The translations under genes and the position numbers were made by a program. From Octopus sinensis (lineage: Eukaryota): a DNA stretch of 64,000 nucleotides. This document shows positions 39,642 to 53,700 of this stretch, piece by piece. Numbering within the stretch: position 1 is the stretch's first letter; the number at the start of each line of letters is the position of its first letter. The DNA lies in the NCBI RefSeq assembly GCF_006345805.1, contig NC_043008.1, forward strand, positions 76,074,001-76,138,000. Direction: 5' to 3'. The notes under the pieces are model-generated. The model saw only the letters and a program-made list of their open reading frames with translations. It ran no database searches and was not told the DNA's origin.

Positions 39642-40682
39642 CGACAGTGGGTTCAAAAGTTCGTAGGTTGACTATGATGAAGTGAGGCTAGGGCTACAAA
39701 ATTTTGCATGCAGGAAATTCAGCTTTTCCTACGAATAACTTCTTTGTTTCTTTCCAGGTAAACTGACAACTGACCGCTCAAAGAAGACTTCAAATCGAAC
39801 TAGTGGCAACTTCTCTTGAAAATAGAGAAAATTTGACATCATGGTTATTATGAGGTAGCAGTAGAGAAAGGTTTTAGCACATAAGGACATCCATGCTGGT
39901 ATGGTCGCTATATTATGGGATGACTGGCGATGGGCTATAAATCAAATAGCTAATGCTAGTAGCATATTCCGTGAGAGAGATGAGATTATACTACACAATG
40001 AGATTGACTGACGAATATTCTGCTCGGTGAATGCCATGCTTTCTGATACTTGATCAAAAGCGCACCAGGCTTCCATTGTTTGATGTAGATCCAGCTGGTT
40101 TCCTTGAACGTTACATAGCCTAGGATGAGTGTTTGGTTCATCACTTTGAGCCAGAGGCAAATAGACAATCCATGCAGTGAAAACACCCCTTTTCACCTGC
40201 TCCAAAGAAGGCCAGGATCGTATTTTTTTTCACAAGGAAGGTGATGTAAAAGGTGTTGTGCTTATTGACTATCTTTAAAAGTGCCACACGATCAGTGGAC
40301 AGTACTATGCTAACTTCTATCAAAACCGAACGCCCATGAATGAAAACTGACGAAAGAGGTCTTGTACCATCTTTCGCCAATACAAAAGACCTTGGATTAA
40401 ATCCTTGGTGCGTGTGACTGTGGTTTTGAACTTATTCATCACCCTCCCTATTCTCTTGATTTGGCTCCGTCTGACTATCATCTATTTCCCAGCTTCAGAA
40501 AACACTTGGTTGGGAAGCAGTATCGCAGTGATGATGACGTCTTATCTGCTGTTGATGAGTTAGAAGTGTATCGACTGAAGTGTATGAACTGAAAGGGGGA
40601 TTAAGTTGAAAGATAAAACTCATTTGGGGACTTTCCCGAAAAATACCTTGGTTAGCCCATGTATATTTCATCCAACACTTGA
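39642..40682 (+). mobile_element. Mariner (DD34D) transposon, decayed
   Basis: TA|CGACAGTGGGTTCAAAAGTTC left end; INQIANA...ILHNE; DECLVHHFEPE; ELIHHPPYSLDLAPSDYHLFP; YRSDDDV. Right TIR degenerate. Confidence 0.85.
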
Positions 40683-41360
40683 GTGTGGTCTTCATTTGGC
40701 CTCCTTGGTATATACGCCATTATTTCGGCTGTTGTTCAGATACCGTCAATAATTGTATCGCTGCGGAATTTAAGTGGTTCATTCGACATTCAGCTATCAA
40801 CATAACAGCTGTCAGAAGCAATATTTTTGGTGTTGAACTTAACATTCAATAAAGATTTATCTGGCAAATTTATGTGTCTTGCATGCATAATTTCACCATC
40901 ATATGCACAATTCAAGATAACAACTGCATGTTCAGCCAGACAAGGCTAAACATGCAATTTTATTTTTTTATGATCTACGTACAAGTGTCGATCATAAGGA
41001 AGCAACTATTTAATATAGATTAATATAGGTTGAACTCATTGAATTATTATTATCTTCAACGTTATTATCTCACTAAACATATTTATTAAATGATATGCTG
41101 ATAATTAGAGTCAGTCGAGGTTGCAATAAAACCAATATATTACATATGCTTATATTGCACATATATGCATAGATGTGCACACACACACACACGTGTGTGT
41201 GTATGTGTGTATGTAGTGTGTATTAAATGTGTATATATATGTGTATATATATACACGGGCAGTTAGTGTCTCTCTTCTATCTAACAGTATATATTACGTA
41301 CATATATGTGTGCGTGTGTGTCTGTATGTATATGTATATGTATGTATATAATGAACATAA

Positions 41361-41425
<65 letters not shown>

Positions 41426-41500
41426 AATGTAACTACATGTAGATTGTTGGCGACTTTTTACCTACGTCTTCCTTTTCTCTTGGATTCAACTTTATCGCCC

Positions 41501-41535
41501 TTTTCTGAAGAAGAGGTGTGCTCAAAACGTTAAAC
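41501..41535 (+). ncRNA. Relic minimal hammerhead (PLE pLTR type)
   Basis: TTTT-CTGAAGA-A-GAG-GTGTG-CTC-AAAAC-GTT-AAA; G12 is mutated to A. Confidence 0.5.
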
Positions 41536-41644
41536 AACCTTTCTTTTATTCCCTGAGGGCCTTTTAATAATTTGTATTTACCACATTGTTGTTCTTCTCT
41601 TGTTGTGTGTTTTCTTGTTTTTTTTATTTATTATATGTGTGTGT

Positions 41645-41734
41645 GAGAGAGTGAGTGTGTGTGATAGAGTGAGTGTGTGTGAGAGAGTGAGTGTGTGTGA
41701 GAGAGTGAGTGTGTGTGAGAGAGTGAGTGTGTGT
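41645..41734. repeat. 18-bp minisatellite (GAGAGAGTGAGTGTGTGT) x5
   Basis: Direct reading; one unit has an internal G>T change. Confidence 0.9.
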
Positions 41735-42603
41735 GCGTATTAATAAAGCTGCAAAGGCATCACAAAAACTGTCCGCCGACGGGGAACGTGAAACTTTGAG
41801 TAACAGTTTTTGTGATATCTTTCCAGCTATATTAATAAAGCATAACACTCTACCACCGTATTCGAGCCCTATTTTCTCCACCTTGTTTCACATTTATGTG
41901 CTTAATCTGGTATATACATAATCATGCAGACTTAGGGTGACAGTTAGAAGGACAGTGATATATGTATATACATATGCATATACATACATACACACACATA
42001 TATATTTAACCTGTGTTCTGTTTATAGTTATTTTAGCATGTTTTCTTCATTTATTCGCCTTGGTATATCCGTTGCTATTAAAGATAATATGCAATTTCCC
42101 TAGGTCGTCCATACAACTCTAAGCCGAGATGTAGCTTTCTGATCTGAAAAAGCAAGAAAAGTAGCTTGATCGAGCTTAGAAAAGTAGCTTGATCGAGTCT
42201 CGTGAGAAGATGGATGTGATCCGCCAAGAAATGGAAGCGTGCCAAGTAAGAGTGTATTCTGCAGGATTGCACGGGGGAATGATGGCGGTCATGACGTTTC
42301 CCAGTGGAGGGTGACTGTGGGGAATTCCCTGCCTAATCAGAATGATAGGATAAGAGCGAAGAGTGTCTATGCACAGGATGGAGAGGCAGCCGTAAGAGCC
42401 TTTTCTGGGATATGGAGCAAAAGAGATAAACTGGAAGCCAGGGTGTAGGAGTATTTGGCCACCGCTGTTGACCTACAAACGGGAGGCTGTTAAGGTTCAA
42501 AATCGGAACTCCCGATGATAGTTGGATACAGTCTGATATCATTTTGTTGCTCTATTTACGTTGGTGAATGGAAAAGAAAAAGCTTTTTGTAGATATTATC
42601 AAT

Positions 42604-42691
<88 letters not shown>

Positions 42692-42829
42692 CACACATAT
42701 ATATATATACACACATAAATGCGTGTATGTGTAAACACATGGGGAGGCGCATGACTTAATTGTTGGGGTGTTGCACTTTTATGCTTGTGGTTTCGATTCT
42801 CGATTCTTCCGTACCTTAACGATGCAACC

Positions 42830-43250
42830 ACTGGAACTAATCACCTTTTACATTAGGAATTAGTGCTTATTTCGTAAGTTTCAGATGATTTCCAGCTATA
42901 AAACATTTAATATATGTGTATATCTACCCGATTGTTATTTGTTTTTTGTTTTTTTTGTTTTTTTGTCTTTTTTCCAGCACAATAGCAGCATTGTGAATAT
43001 CCAAATAAACTTACATCCTCATTCTTGCAAGAGCTGATATTAAATTTATTGGAAATTTCTTCACTTGCCAAGTTTTAATCACTTACTTTGGGAAGTTATT
43101 TTCTTAAATCATTCCTCAAAGGTAATATCAAAGTAAACTTTTTTTTTTATCAAAGACTATAAATTGTCACTCATTTGTCAGTGTATAAAACATAGCACGA
43201 AAGACTTTATGGAATTGTTTTAGTTTCAAATATATAGTTTCGAAATTGTT
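42830..43250 (+). repeat. Old dispersed duplication (~420 bp) of 46298-46705
   Basis: Colinear blocks ggaactaatcacc...ttccagcacaatagcagcattgtgaatatccaaata...tcattcctcaaaggtaatat...cagtgtataaaacatag. Confidence 0.9.
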
Positions 43251-43690
43251 CTTATGACTCAGAGTCCGAAAACCCTATGATCGTTGGATAGCGTCTGATG
43301 ATACCATTAGTTCGCTCCATTTACTTTGGTGAGTGGGAAAGAAGCAGCTTTTTGTAGATATTATCCATAACATACATACAGACAGGCAGGTAGGCAGACA
43401 AACAGACAGACAGATAGATAGAGATATAGATAGACAAATAGATAAAGGGATAAACAGATATTGGTCGTTAAGCGATGGTGGGGTGACAAACGCAAACACA
43501 CACGTGCGCACATACACACAAACACACACATATATAGATATGCATATACACGCATATATTATCAATAACAGTCTTGTACTCACGTATATATATTTATATA
43601 TGCATGTATATATACATGTAGATGTAGGTACGTACATATATGTATGTATGTATGAATATATTTTTTTATTTATTAAATTATATATATATA

Positions 43691-44079
43691 GGCGCAGGAG
43701 TGGCTGTGTGGTAAGTAGCTTGCTTACCAACCACATGGTTCCGGGTTCAGTCCCACTGCGTGGCATCTTGTGCAAGTGTCTTCTACTATAGCCTCGGGCC
43801 GACCAAAGCCTTGTGAGTGGATTTGGTAGACGGAAACTGAAAGAAGCCCGTCGTATATATGTATGTATATGTATATGTTTGTGTGTCTGTGTTTGTCCCC
43901 CTAGCATTGCTTCACAACCGATGCTGGTGTGTTTACGTCGCCGTCACTTAGCGGTTCGGCAAAAGAGACCGATAGAATAAGTACTGGGCTTACAAAGAAT
44001 AAGTCCTGGGGTCGATTTGCTCGACTAAAGGCGGTGCTCCAGCATAGCCGCAGTCAAATGACTGAAACAAGTAAAAGAG
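43691..44079 (+). mobile_element. tRNA-derived SINE family A, best-preserved copy
   Basis: Pol III-like A box (ggctgtgtggtaag) and B box (ggttcagtccc), internal (TA/TG)n spacer, tail ...gactgaaacaagtaaaag; other copies in this window. Confidence 0.9.
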
Positions 44080-44099
44080 TCATATATATAGAGAGAGAG

Positions 44100-44178
<79 letters not shown>

Positions 44179-44235
44179 CACACATATATATATATCCATA
44201 CATACATACACATGAGTGTGTGTAGAAACGTATGT

Positions 44236-44365
44236 GGAGGTGCGTGGCTTGATTGTTAAGATGTTGCCCTTATGATAACATTGTGGTTTCAATTTCCGGA
44301 TTAGGGGATGCTTTGTGTTTTTGAGCAAAACACTTCGTTTCTCATTGCTCCAGTCCACTCATTGG
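44236..44365 (+). mobile_element. SINE family C head (related head at 42742-42830)
   Basis: ggaggtgcgtggcttgattgttaag...gtggtttcaatttcc...ttgagcaaaacactt...gctccagtccactc. Confidence 0.65.
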
Positions 44366-47028
44366 GGGAAAATGGGAATGGTTTCCAGCATTGCCATGGA
44401 TTTAGAGAATAGCTAGCAAAACGTTTGTATATCTCTTTGCCTGGGGCAAAGTGTTCCGATGTTTATTTCACCGATACATATATGTGCGTATATGCAAGTA
44501 CTAGGCACTTACATTTACGGAAGTTCAGAAGTTAAATTTCTTACAGTGCCTGATTCTTTCATTAAGGACAAAGGAAATCTTGAAGCTGGTTTTTTTTTTT
44601 TAATGCGAATTATATTTTTGTTGCTCAATTGTAAAAGAGTAAATTTTGTGTGTGGTGATATTGCTTTCTTTATTTTGACTCCATTTTGTTTGAAGACGGG
44701 TATATTGTGACAAATAGTTTGGGAATGTATGTGGTAGTGGCCGGAAAGGTCTGAGAAGCACGTATGTAGTATTTTATGTTATTTGGAAGAAATGAGTATT
44801 GATAGCATAACTGGTATAAGGATGTGTGAATATATGTATAGAAATGCATATATTAGGATACAAGCGTACATGCATATCTAAATGGACGTATACACACATA
44901 CATAGAATACAAATAAGTGCATATAGTCATTACATTCAAACATTCCTACACACTTACATGCGCTGATAGACATATGGATACATTCACAGATCTACAGAGA
45001 CATATATGTGCATATAAGTATATGCATTCAATAACAATTTACAAATTTATATACATGTGCATTTGGATGTTTGTGTGTGTTGAAGTAAATCTGTATGATT
45101 GTGCATGTATATGAGAACCATACTCATGTCTATATGTGCATCTTAGCGTATATATATTCACACATGTAGCTAAACGTTCCAACAGCACTTCTTCACAACT
45201 CGCAAGATAATTTAAGAGCTAATTTATTCGTAAACATCAGATTACTCGAAGGTATTTTGCCACCATTTCTATTCTTTAAATGCCTACAATGCCTAACTAA
45301 ATAGATTTATACTTTTAAGTTATTTTATTATCCATTTAGTTTCCTAGATTAAATTTATACATACTATCATATTTTTATCATCACAACAGATACATGTTTT
45401 TACATAACCTTTACCCGATCTTAGATTTACCACATACACATGTGTACGTATCTGTGAAAATATACATATGCAGTTATGAATTGATGTGTACGCGTATGTT
45501 TGTATATCGTGATGTGCACATGTGTATGTTAGTTGTGTTGGGTTTGCGTGCTCCATAATATTTTTTTTATAGATAAATGATTAAAATCGATCCAGTGTTA
45601 CCTCCATACCAAACATCGAGTGACAAATCGATCTATGCATGTTGCTACAAATAAGTTAACATTTAAAACACTGAGTATTCTCACAATCATCATTTTCATT
45701 TCTAGCAGGAGTTGCTGGGATTACTTTGCGAGACTTCAAATGAGTTCCAAACCAGAAATCTAGATCACAAAGTTAATGACTATTCAACAATATTTGAATA
45801 AGCATAACAGGAGAGTGTAGATATACGAATGTATGATCTACATGAAAACCCGAACAGAGTTCAGAGGTTTATTATTATCGCTGGTGTAATATTTTATCTG
45901 TCGATAAGGCAGCAAAATATTAAATGGTCCATTTTCCCTCTGTAACAATTTGTGAAATATTCACTTCTCTAAGTAACCGCAACAACTGTAAAATGATACT
46001 TAATTGTCCTGAAGGTCGAAGTATCACAATATTTTGGCGTCAGTACAGAATTCTAGAACAATCTGCAGTACGCACAGAAATATTTTTATTATACTTATTC
46101 TTGGTTCGATTATGTCTCCAGTGTATATGAAAATGATAAATGAATTCACAAAGTAGATTACCTAGGAGACGTTTGTGAGTCTGAACAATTTTTTCTTATC
46201 TCAATACAAGCTGAGAATTCCGGAGATGAACAAGGCAAAGAAGGTCACGAGTAATATCTTAAAGTACTATCCAGAAATGCATTAACGATACAAGCATTGG
46301 AACTAATCACCCTTTACATTAGCAATTAGTATTTATTTCGTAATTTTCAGAGGGATTACAGCTATACAACATATAATATATGTGTTTATCTACCCGATCG
46401 TTATCTGATTTTTATTTTCCAGCACAATAGCAGCATTGTGAATATCCAAATAGACTTACGTTCTAATACTTGCAAGAGGGGGATATTAAATTTATTGGAG
46501 ATTTTTTCACATGCAAAATTTTAATCACTTACTTTTAAAAGTTAATTTCTTATATCATTCCTCAAAGGTAATATAAAAATATCTCGTTTTTTGTGACCAC
46601 AGATTATAAATTATCACTTATTTATTTGTTCAGTGTATAAAACATAGTTAAAAAGAAATTTTGGGATTTTTTTTTTCAGTTTCAAATAAATATTTTCGAA
46701 GTTTTTGTACTGTACAAAACTACATTCTTTTTTACAGAATAGCGCACAGCAGCGCATTATTATGGAATCAATTATTTAGTGTGTCGTTTTGCCACATGAA
46801 AAAGCAATGGATATTCGGAAAAAATGCTTTTCTTTGTTTTCTTAGGCTTTGAGATAAAATTTTGCTAAGGATTGATACATTTGCTAAGGATAGATAGATT
46901 TGCGTAACCTATCCTGCCAAGCGTTATTTATTGTCATGTTTTACTATATAAACCCCTCCATAAAATGTTATTCATATGTATATTGTACTATATAACTCCA
47001 CCCACAAAATGATCAGAAATATACGCCA

Positions 47029-47454
47029 TCTAATATAATAAATGCGAAAACTAATTACTGTGTGTCAGTGAGTCACACTTTTACCGTGCCGCTCACTATT
47101 CAATGATACTTCCTCGTGCTGAGATGAGAGTAATAGTAGGTATAGAGACGGTGAGAGCGGTGGTGAAGGCAGAGGGAGAGAGCGAGAGAGAGAGAGGCAC
47201 AAACGGAGAGACAAAGAAATTTAGGCAGAATTCATAGTGTTTTATTAAAAGTAGTAGTGTTAATGGATGGCAATGAGTGTAATATGAAGCGAGACAGAAA
47301 GAGTGGGTATGTGAGACATAGAGGGAAATGATGAACAACTTTCATGGACAGAAATTCCGGTGGTCAGCTGACTGAAACAACAACTAGACACAATTATTTT
47401 TCATTTTTATTTAATTTTTGCTTCCTTTAATACATACACACATATATATATATA

Positions 47455-47492
<38 letters not shown>

Positions 47493-48002
47493 GGTGTGCG
47501 TGCGTTTGTGTGTGCGTGTGTGTGGAACACTTTAATTGAAATACAGTTTCCCCAAAATTAAATATTTTCTAATATAATAAATGCGAAAGCTAATTTCTGT
47601 GTGTCAGTGTGTCACACTTTGAAACTCCCTCTCTCACTATTCAATGACACTTCCTCGTGCTGGGATGAGAGTAATAGTAGGCATAGAGACAGTGAGGATG
47701 GTGGCGAAGACAGAGACAGACAGAGAGAGAGAGAAACAGGGACAAAGAAATTTAGGAAGAGTTGATGTTTTATTAAAAGTAGTAGTTTTTATACTGGCGA
47801 TGGGAGTAATGATAAAAGAAAGAGAGAGATGGGGAGAGGGTAGGTATGTGAGGGAAAGACGGAAATGATGTACAACTATCCCAGACAGAAATTCCGGTGG
47901 CCAGCATACTGAACCAACTACTGAACACTATCATGTTTGTTTATTTTTGCTTTCTTTGATACATACATAAATAAGTGCGTGCGTACATATATATACACTT
48001 AA

Positions 48003-48045
<43 letters not shown>

Positions 48046-48130
48046 CATAAATACACTTTAATTGAAATACAGTTTCCCCACAATTAAACATATCTAATAT
48101 AATAAATATGGAAGTCAGTGTGTCAGTGTG
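47029..48130 (+). repeat. Diverged tandem array of ~530-bp units (starts at 47029, 47568, 48093), possibly Helitron-derived
   Basis: Each unit begins TCTAATATAATAAAT; the two complete units end acactttaattgaaatacagtttcccca; internal blocks cttcctcgtgctg and gaaattccggtgg. Confidence 0.85.
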
Positions 48131-49139
48131 TCACACGTTTTCAACTTTACTCCTAGAGACTATAGCCCAACATATCATACCATTTTGGAATCATGCTGAC
48201 TCCCTGAATAAATTAAAAGCATTCCGAACCGAATCCGGACCTGCAATTCTGAAATTTTGGATTCCTATGTTTTCATTACTTCGATTGTTTACGGCGTTTT
48301 TTTTTTTACATGATTTTTATCGACGAATATTATCATCGTTGGGATATGACTCCAGAGGAAGCAATCGCAGAAAATTCTACAAAACAAGTTAGAGATCTTC
48401 CCATTCGGGGTTAGTTGCTTAAAAGTTACACACTAGCTTAAAAGCCGTCCTATCAGGAGCTTTTAAGCTAGTTTTCTCATGCGTCTGGCGAGTTGGCATA
48501 GCGGTTAGCGTGACGGACAAAATGCTTAGTATCACTTCTCCTGACTCTTTGCGTTGTTTTTACAGTTGACAGTTGAATGCATTTGTGTGTACATCAGAGA
48601 AGACTAACTTCGACATTGACGCATTATTTTATATTCAAGAAACAAAGCTGATATCATTCCAAATAGCTCTCAAGAAGTCTTACTTACGCATCGATGTCTA
48701 TTTTCATTGGCCGATTGTTAACTAACACACACTACAATTCCATTGTCTCTTTAGCTATTTCTATTTTACATTTTCCAAATATTTGTGTGGTATCACCAAA
48801 TAAACTATTTTATTTCCAAATTCAATGAGTTGTTATGCTCATAAAGCTTGGCAAACTTCTCACCGAGAAGTATATGTTCAACATTTTGATGGCTACTGCA
48901 TATTAGCCAACTTTCTCTGTATTGCTGATGCTACCGCTGGTTACAACTGCCACAGAGCGACGCACTGGCGCTAGAAGAGACTACATCAACTACATCAGAG
49001 CATCAATCAGTGCATCAATCTAAGAAACTTAATTCAAATTGTATTGCATTTTAGGTTGGAGGAATGTTGGTAGGGGCGGGGAGTACTACTTTCAGGAGTC
49101 ACGGTGTGTGTGACAGTAGTAATACAGGTAGTAGTTATA

Positions 49140-49372
49140 GTAGTGGTAGAGAGTGTAGAATACCATTCTTTGCTCGATTATATCGACTCCAGTATTTCAC
49201 TGTTTCTTCAAATTAAGTAGATTAAATTGAATTCACTACCTAACTAGTAATTTATTTTACCGACCTCGGATGGAATAAAAAATATAGTCAACTTTGTTAG
49301 GCTTTGAACCCAGATCATAAAGAGCCAAGACAGTGAACTATTTTCCCACATCCTAACGATTCAACCAATAAA
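49140..49372 (-). mobile_element. SINE family B, decayed (another head at 48487-48560, + strand)
   Basis: Reverse complement has a ggttgaatcgttaggatgtggg head, gggttcaaagcc B-box-like motif, and ggtcggtaaaa...gagtcgatataatcgag body. Confidence 0.55.
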
Positions 49373-50719
49373 TGCGTCCAATTGAAACACCTGTTAGTGT
49401 GAATTTAGAATCATATTATGCAATATTTTCATTCCCTTCTGGAATAAGGTGGATACTAAAGCATATTTTCTTGCTATTTAGAGCAGGATTACCGACATCC
49501 TAGATACTGTATTGCTGCCCCGAAAATAATTTGTTGCTTTAAATATAATTGTAATACATTCATGTTTTCTTCTTCAGTAAATATGATGCCCAAACATGGA
49601 ATATGAACAGGATTCCAAACCTGATATTCAACTGGTTCCCTAGAAACCTCCTCCAAGGAAATGCCTCACAGAAATATACTGAAATGCACCCGTTTTGTTT
49701 TCAAACTAGACACTTCATCCTCAGTAGAAATGAAGGATTATATGTGTGTGTCGTGTTTGTAAATTGAAATATTTTCCAATAGGATCTCAAACATCACCGA
49801 AGACTTATCTGTTTCCTGACGCTAACTATTTCTGGATCCTGATGTTTTAGCAGTAAGATATGAAATGTGGAAGTTATGATAGTTAAGAATTTCCCAGGTA
49901 GATTGTGAATGTAAATTCTTTAATCGCATTTGCAAAAATGAAACACTTAGGGGCAAAATATCCAATAGTAGATTCTCTGTCAGGAATTAGTAACTAAAGA
50001 TTTATAAAAGTTTTAATTTGTTACATCACGATTTGGCTGAAATGTTAAGGGATCACATATATGCAATTAAATAAGGCAGATCCATAACTCCTTTTAATCC
50101 TATCGCCACCCTAATATCAGAGGTAATACAGTTCATCTTCGGGGAGGAAATTGAATTCATTGTTGACTGGAATAACTGATCCTTACTATTGAAATTCCTT
50201 ACATAAAAGTAATTAATGCAGTTAATAATAGCTGTATTATTACAATTAAAGTAAGTAATGCCAGAAAATTAAAAGTCATTGTTAAGAGACTCGTGCTCAT
50301 TCAATAAATATGATTCCAGTCCTAATGATATAAGAACTAAATTAGGAAAGCCGTACCAATACCCTAAACGCGTAGGAAAGTGTAAAGTCTTAAAATACCT
50401 GATATATTCAGTCAAACTTAAAAAACTATGAAAAACGGTTTTATGTTCCTTCGGGAATGCAGAAATTTACAAAATTTATATATTTTATACAAATACAAAA
50501 ATAGAAAAATAATTAACATATTCTTCGAATAAGAAAGTTGAATGTATAATTTATTAGTGAACATACAATGCACTACCTTCGGTTAGAATGCACTAAAAGA
50601 AAAAGAAAAACATAATGCTTTCCTGTATTATATATTTGACTGTGTGCGCAATTTTCTTTTACGTGACTTTTATAGACATTCTATTGATATTTCATTATAA
50701 AATTGGTATATGTATATAT

Positions 50720-51312
50720 ATCATGGCACTCCGTAGGTTACGACGACGAGTGTTCAAGTTGATCTGTCAACGGAACAGCTTGCTCGTGAAATTAACGTGC
50801 AAGTGGATGAGCCCTCCACAGACACATGTACCCTTAACGTAGTTCTCGGGGAGATTCAGTGTGACACAGACTGTGACAAGGCTGACCCCTTGAAATACAG
50901 GTACAACAGAAACAGGAAGAAAGTGTGAGAGAAAGTTGTGGTGAAAGAGTACAGCAGGGTTCGCCACCATCCTCTACGCGGCCTCGTGGAGCTTCGGGTG
51001 TTTTCGCACAATAAATACTCACAACGGGAATCGAAACCGCAATCCTACGACAGCGATTCCACTGCCCTAACCACCGGCGTATAGGTTCTCCACCTGGACG
51101 GCATCCCGGTCCGTCGGAGGTGAACTGTAAGAGGAAAGAGTGAGAGAAAGTTGTGACGAAAGAGTCAGAAGTATTTCGCCATTAACTTCTGCCGGAACCG
51201 CGTGGAGCTTCGGTGTTTCACTCATAAACACACACATCGCCCGGTCTGAGACTCGAATACGTGACCCCTCGACCGCTAGTCCGCTGCTCTAATCACTAGG
51301 CCATGTGCCTCC
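50720..51312 (-). mobile_element. Two head-to-tail tRNA-derived SINE copies (50720-51085 full; 51120-51312 partial)
   Basis: Heads ggtggttagggcagtggaatc...ggtttcgattccc and ggaggcacatggcctagtgattagagc...ttcgagtctc; shared body gaaagagtgagagaaagttgtg...cgtggagcttcgg. Confidence 0.75.
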
Positions 51313-52380
51313 ATATTTTGAAGTTTACTGAGATAATATTTTTAAATATCTGGATATTTTATTTTTTTATCTTTCGACATGTCTTCTCTTACTTCGGCAG
51401 TTTTCAAACTTAGTTACATTATTCTTGAATTTTCCCCTAGCCATTTTTCTGCAATACATATCTATATTCTTCTTGACTAGTTTAAAATAACAAATATAAT
51501 TGCTCCGTTATTTTTTCACCACTGTTTTTAGGTATTCTAACACATGTTTGTACATCTATGCCAGCAAAATATATATGTATACAAAGAAAGATTTAGAGCG
51601 ATCTCACACACATGCATATACACATAACTTGCTTAGCTAATCTTCATGTCCTATTACCATCAATTTGTTTACATTGTCGCGTAGAGATGTGTGAATGATT
51701 CTTCAATTTTGTCAGCAAAATTGGCAAGTTGAAAAGAAAGTAAAAATCAAATGAACAATGAACGAAATTATTTGTAGATAACTCGCCCGACAAGGAAAAT
51801 GATAGACGTATTTAGAGATGGAATTTAAACGGAGAAAGACGCTAAATGGGAGGTGGTAGGGACTAAAGAGAATGGGGTATAAGAGAGTTTCAGGCATGAC
51901 AATAAAATTCCCTTACACATTAATGCCGGTGAGAGAGTAGGAAACAAAATACTAATAGCGTATTCAGTTGACGATGATTTATGACAGCTACCAGAAATAA
52001 ATTATTGGAACATTCTAACAAAGGATTAATAAATCGGCCAAGGTGTAATAAACGCTGCGTATACAATTTACGTGGTAACATACACATTTACAAGCGTGAA
52101 CAAACGATGAACAAATGAAAACTGAAACAGAAAAATAAGTCAATACGATTAAAAATAAAGGTAATGGAGATGACTATGTTGTGTGAAAATATATATAAAG
52201 GTAGGGGGTGGAGATCGCACATATGAAAAGTGCGTACCTCTTTAAAGAATTTATAATGTTAAACTTCAAAATAATATGCATACGTGCATATACTAATATA
52301 AATGCATATATATGTGTGTGAGTGCGTGAGTGTGTATGTATATTCATGTCTGTGTGTGTATATATATATATATAACATAT

Positions 52381-52445
<65 letters not shown>

Positions 52446-52469
52446 ATATATATATATTATAATATATAT

Positions 52470-52505
<36 letters not shown>

Positions 52506-52557
52506 AAATCACTTGTTAATGCAAATTCGGTGAGTGTTGCGTTCCATTATTTAATAA

Positions 52558-52806
52558 ATGAAAAAAAAATGTATGACAAATAAACAGATGACATAACGTA
52601 TACTGAATGTAAAAACGAACGCCAGACAAACAGAAGGTCCGTAATTCTTCATCTGTTATCGACCGATTGGTAATATTCCGTTTCGCACCTTTATCGCACC
52701 AATTGGTCGATAACAGATGAAGATTAGGGATCTTCTATTTGTCTCCCGTTCGTTTTTTCATTCAGTATACGATATGTCATTTGTTTATTTACCATGCGTT
52801 TTTCAT
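52558..52806. repeat. Long imperfect foldback (MITE-like); arms ~93 bp (52579-52671 / 52698-52790)
   Basis: aataaacagatgacata...cttcatctgttatcgaccgattggt pairs with accaattggtcgataacagatgaag...tatgtcatttgtttatt. Confidence 0.9.
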
Positions 52807-52825
52807 ATATAATATATATATATAT

Positions 52826-52857
<32 letters not shown>

Positions 52858-52900
52858 ATATATATATAATACACACATCTATGTATATATATATATACAT

Positions 52901-53406
52901 ACTAATACGTACTAATACATACTAATACATACACCAACCCCATACATACGCCTGTCCAGACCTATCCTACGCACTAATACTCTCTCATACACACACACAC
53001 ACACCCACCCTTATACATACTAATACATACTAATACATACACCAACCCTATACATACACACGTCCAGACCCCTCCTACGCACTAATAGCTGGTCATTCAA
53101 CCCTATTATCTCCCCTTATTTCGCTCTCGCGTCTCATGTTTGATCTTTGACCTCTGGCCGAAATCAGATCGCCATGTTGATTCGTTAGTTACTGCACGCA
53201 TTTTTTTTCTCTCCTTCTTTCTGTGTTTTTTTCTCTCTGTGTATCTTTCTGTTGAAGAGCGTAGGCTCGAAACGTTAAAGACTTGTTTTATTTATATTTC
53301 CTGAGCGCCATACTAATACAATTGTTTGTTTGTTTTCCACCTGCCTTCGTCTTTTGTCTATTTTCATAAAGCTTCCCTTCATATATATATATATATATAT
53401 ATATAT

Positions 53407-53461
<55 letters not shown>

Positions 53462-53576
53462 ATACATCTATATATATATATATACATATACATCTATATA
53501 TACATATACATCTATATATATATATACATATACACATATATATACATATACATATATATATGTATATATATACATC

Positions 53577-53611
<35 letters not shown>

Positions 53612-53643
53612 CTACATATATATATATATCTATATATATATAC

Positions 53644-53700
<57 letters not shown>

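Noticed and set aside
42100-42545. GC-richer island with a short direct repeat (aagtagcttgatcgag x2) as a retroelement fragment
   Set aside because: I found no convincing motif in any frame, so it is left unassigned.
43691-43770. tRNA gene
   Set aside because: It has A/B-box-like motifs but no cloverleaf, and it continues into a repeated body and tail, so it is a SINE head.
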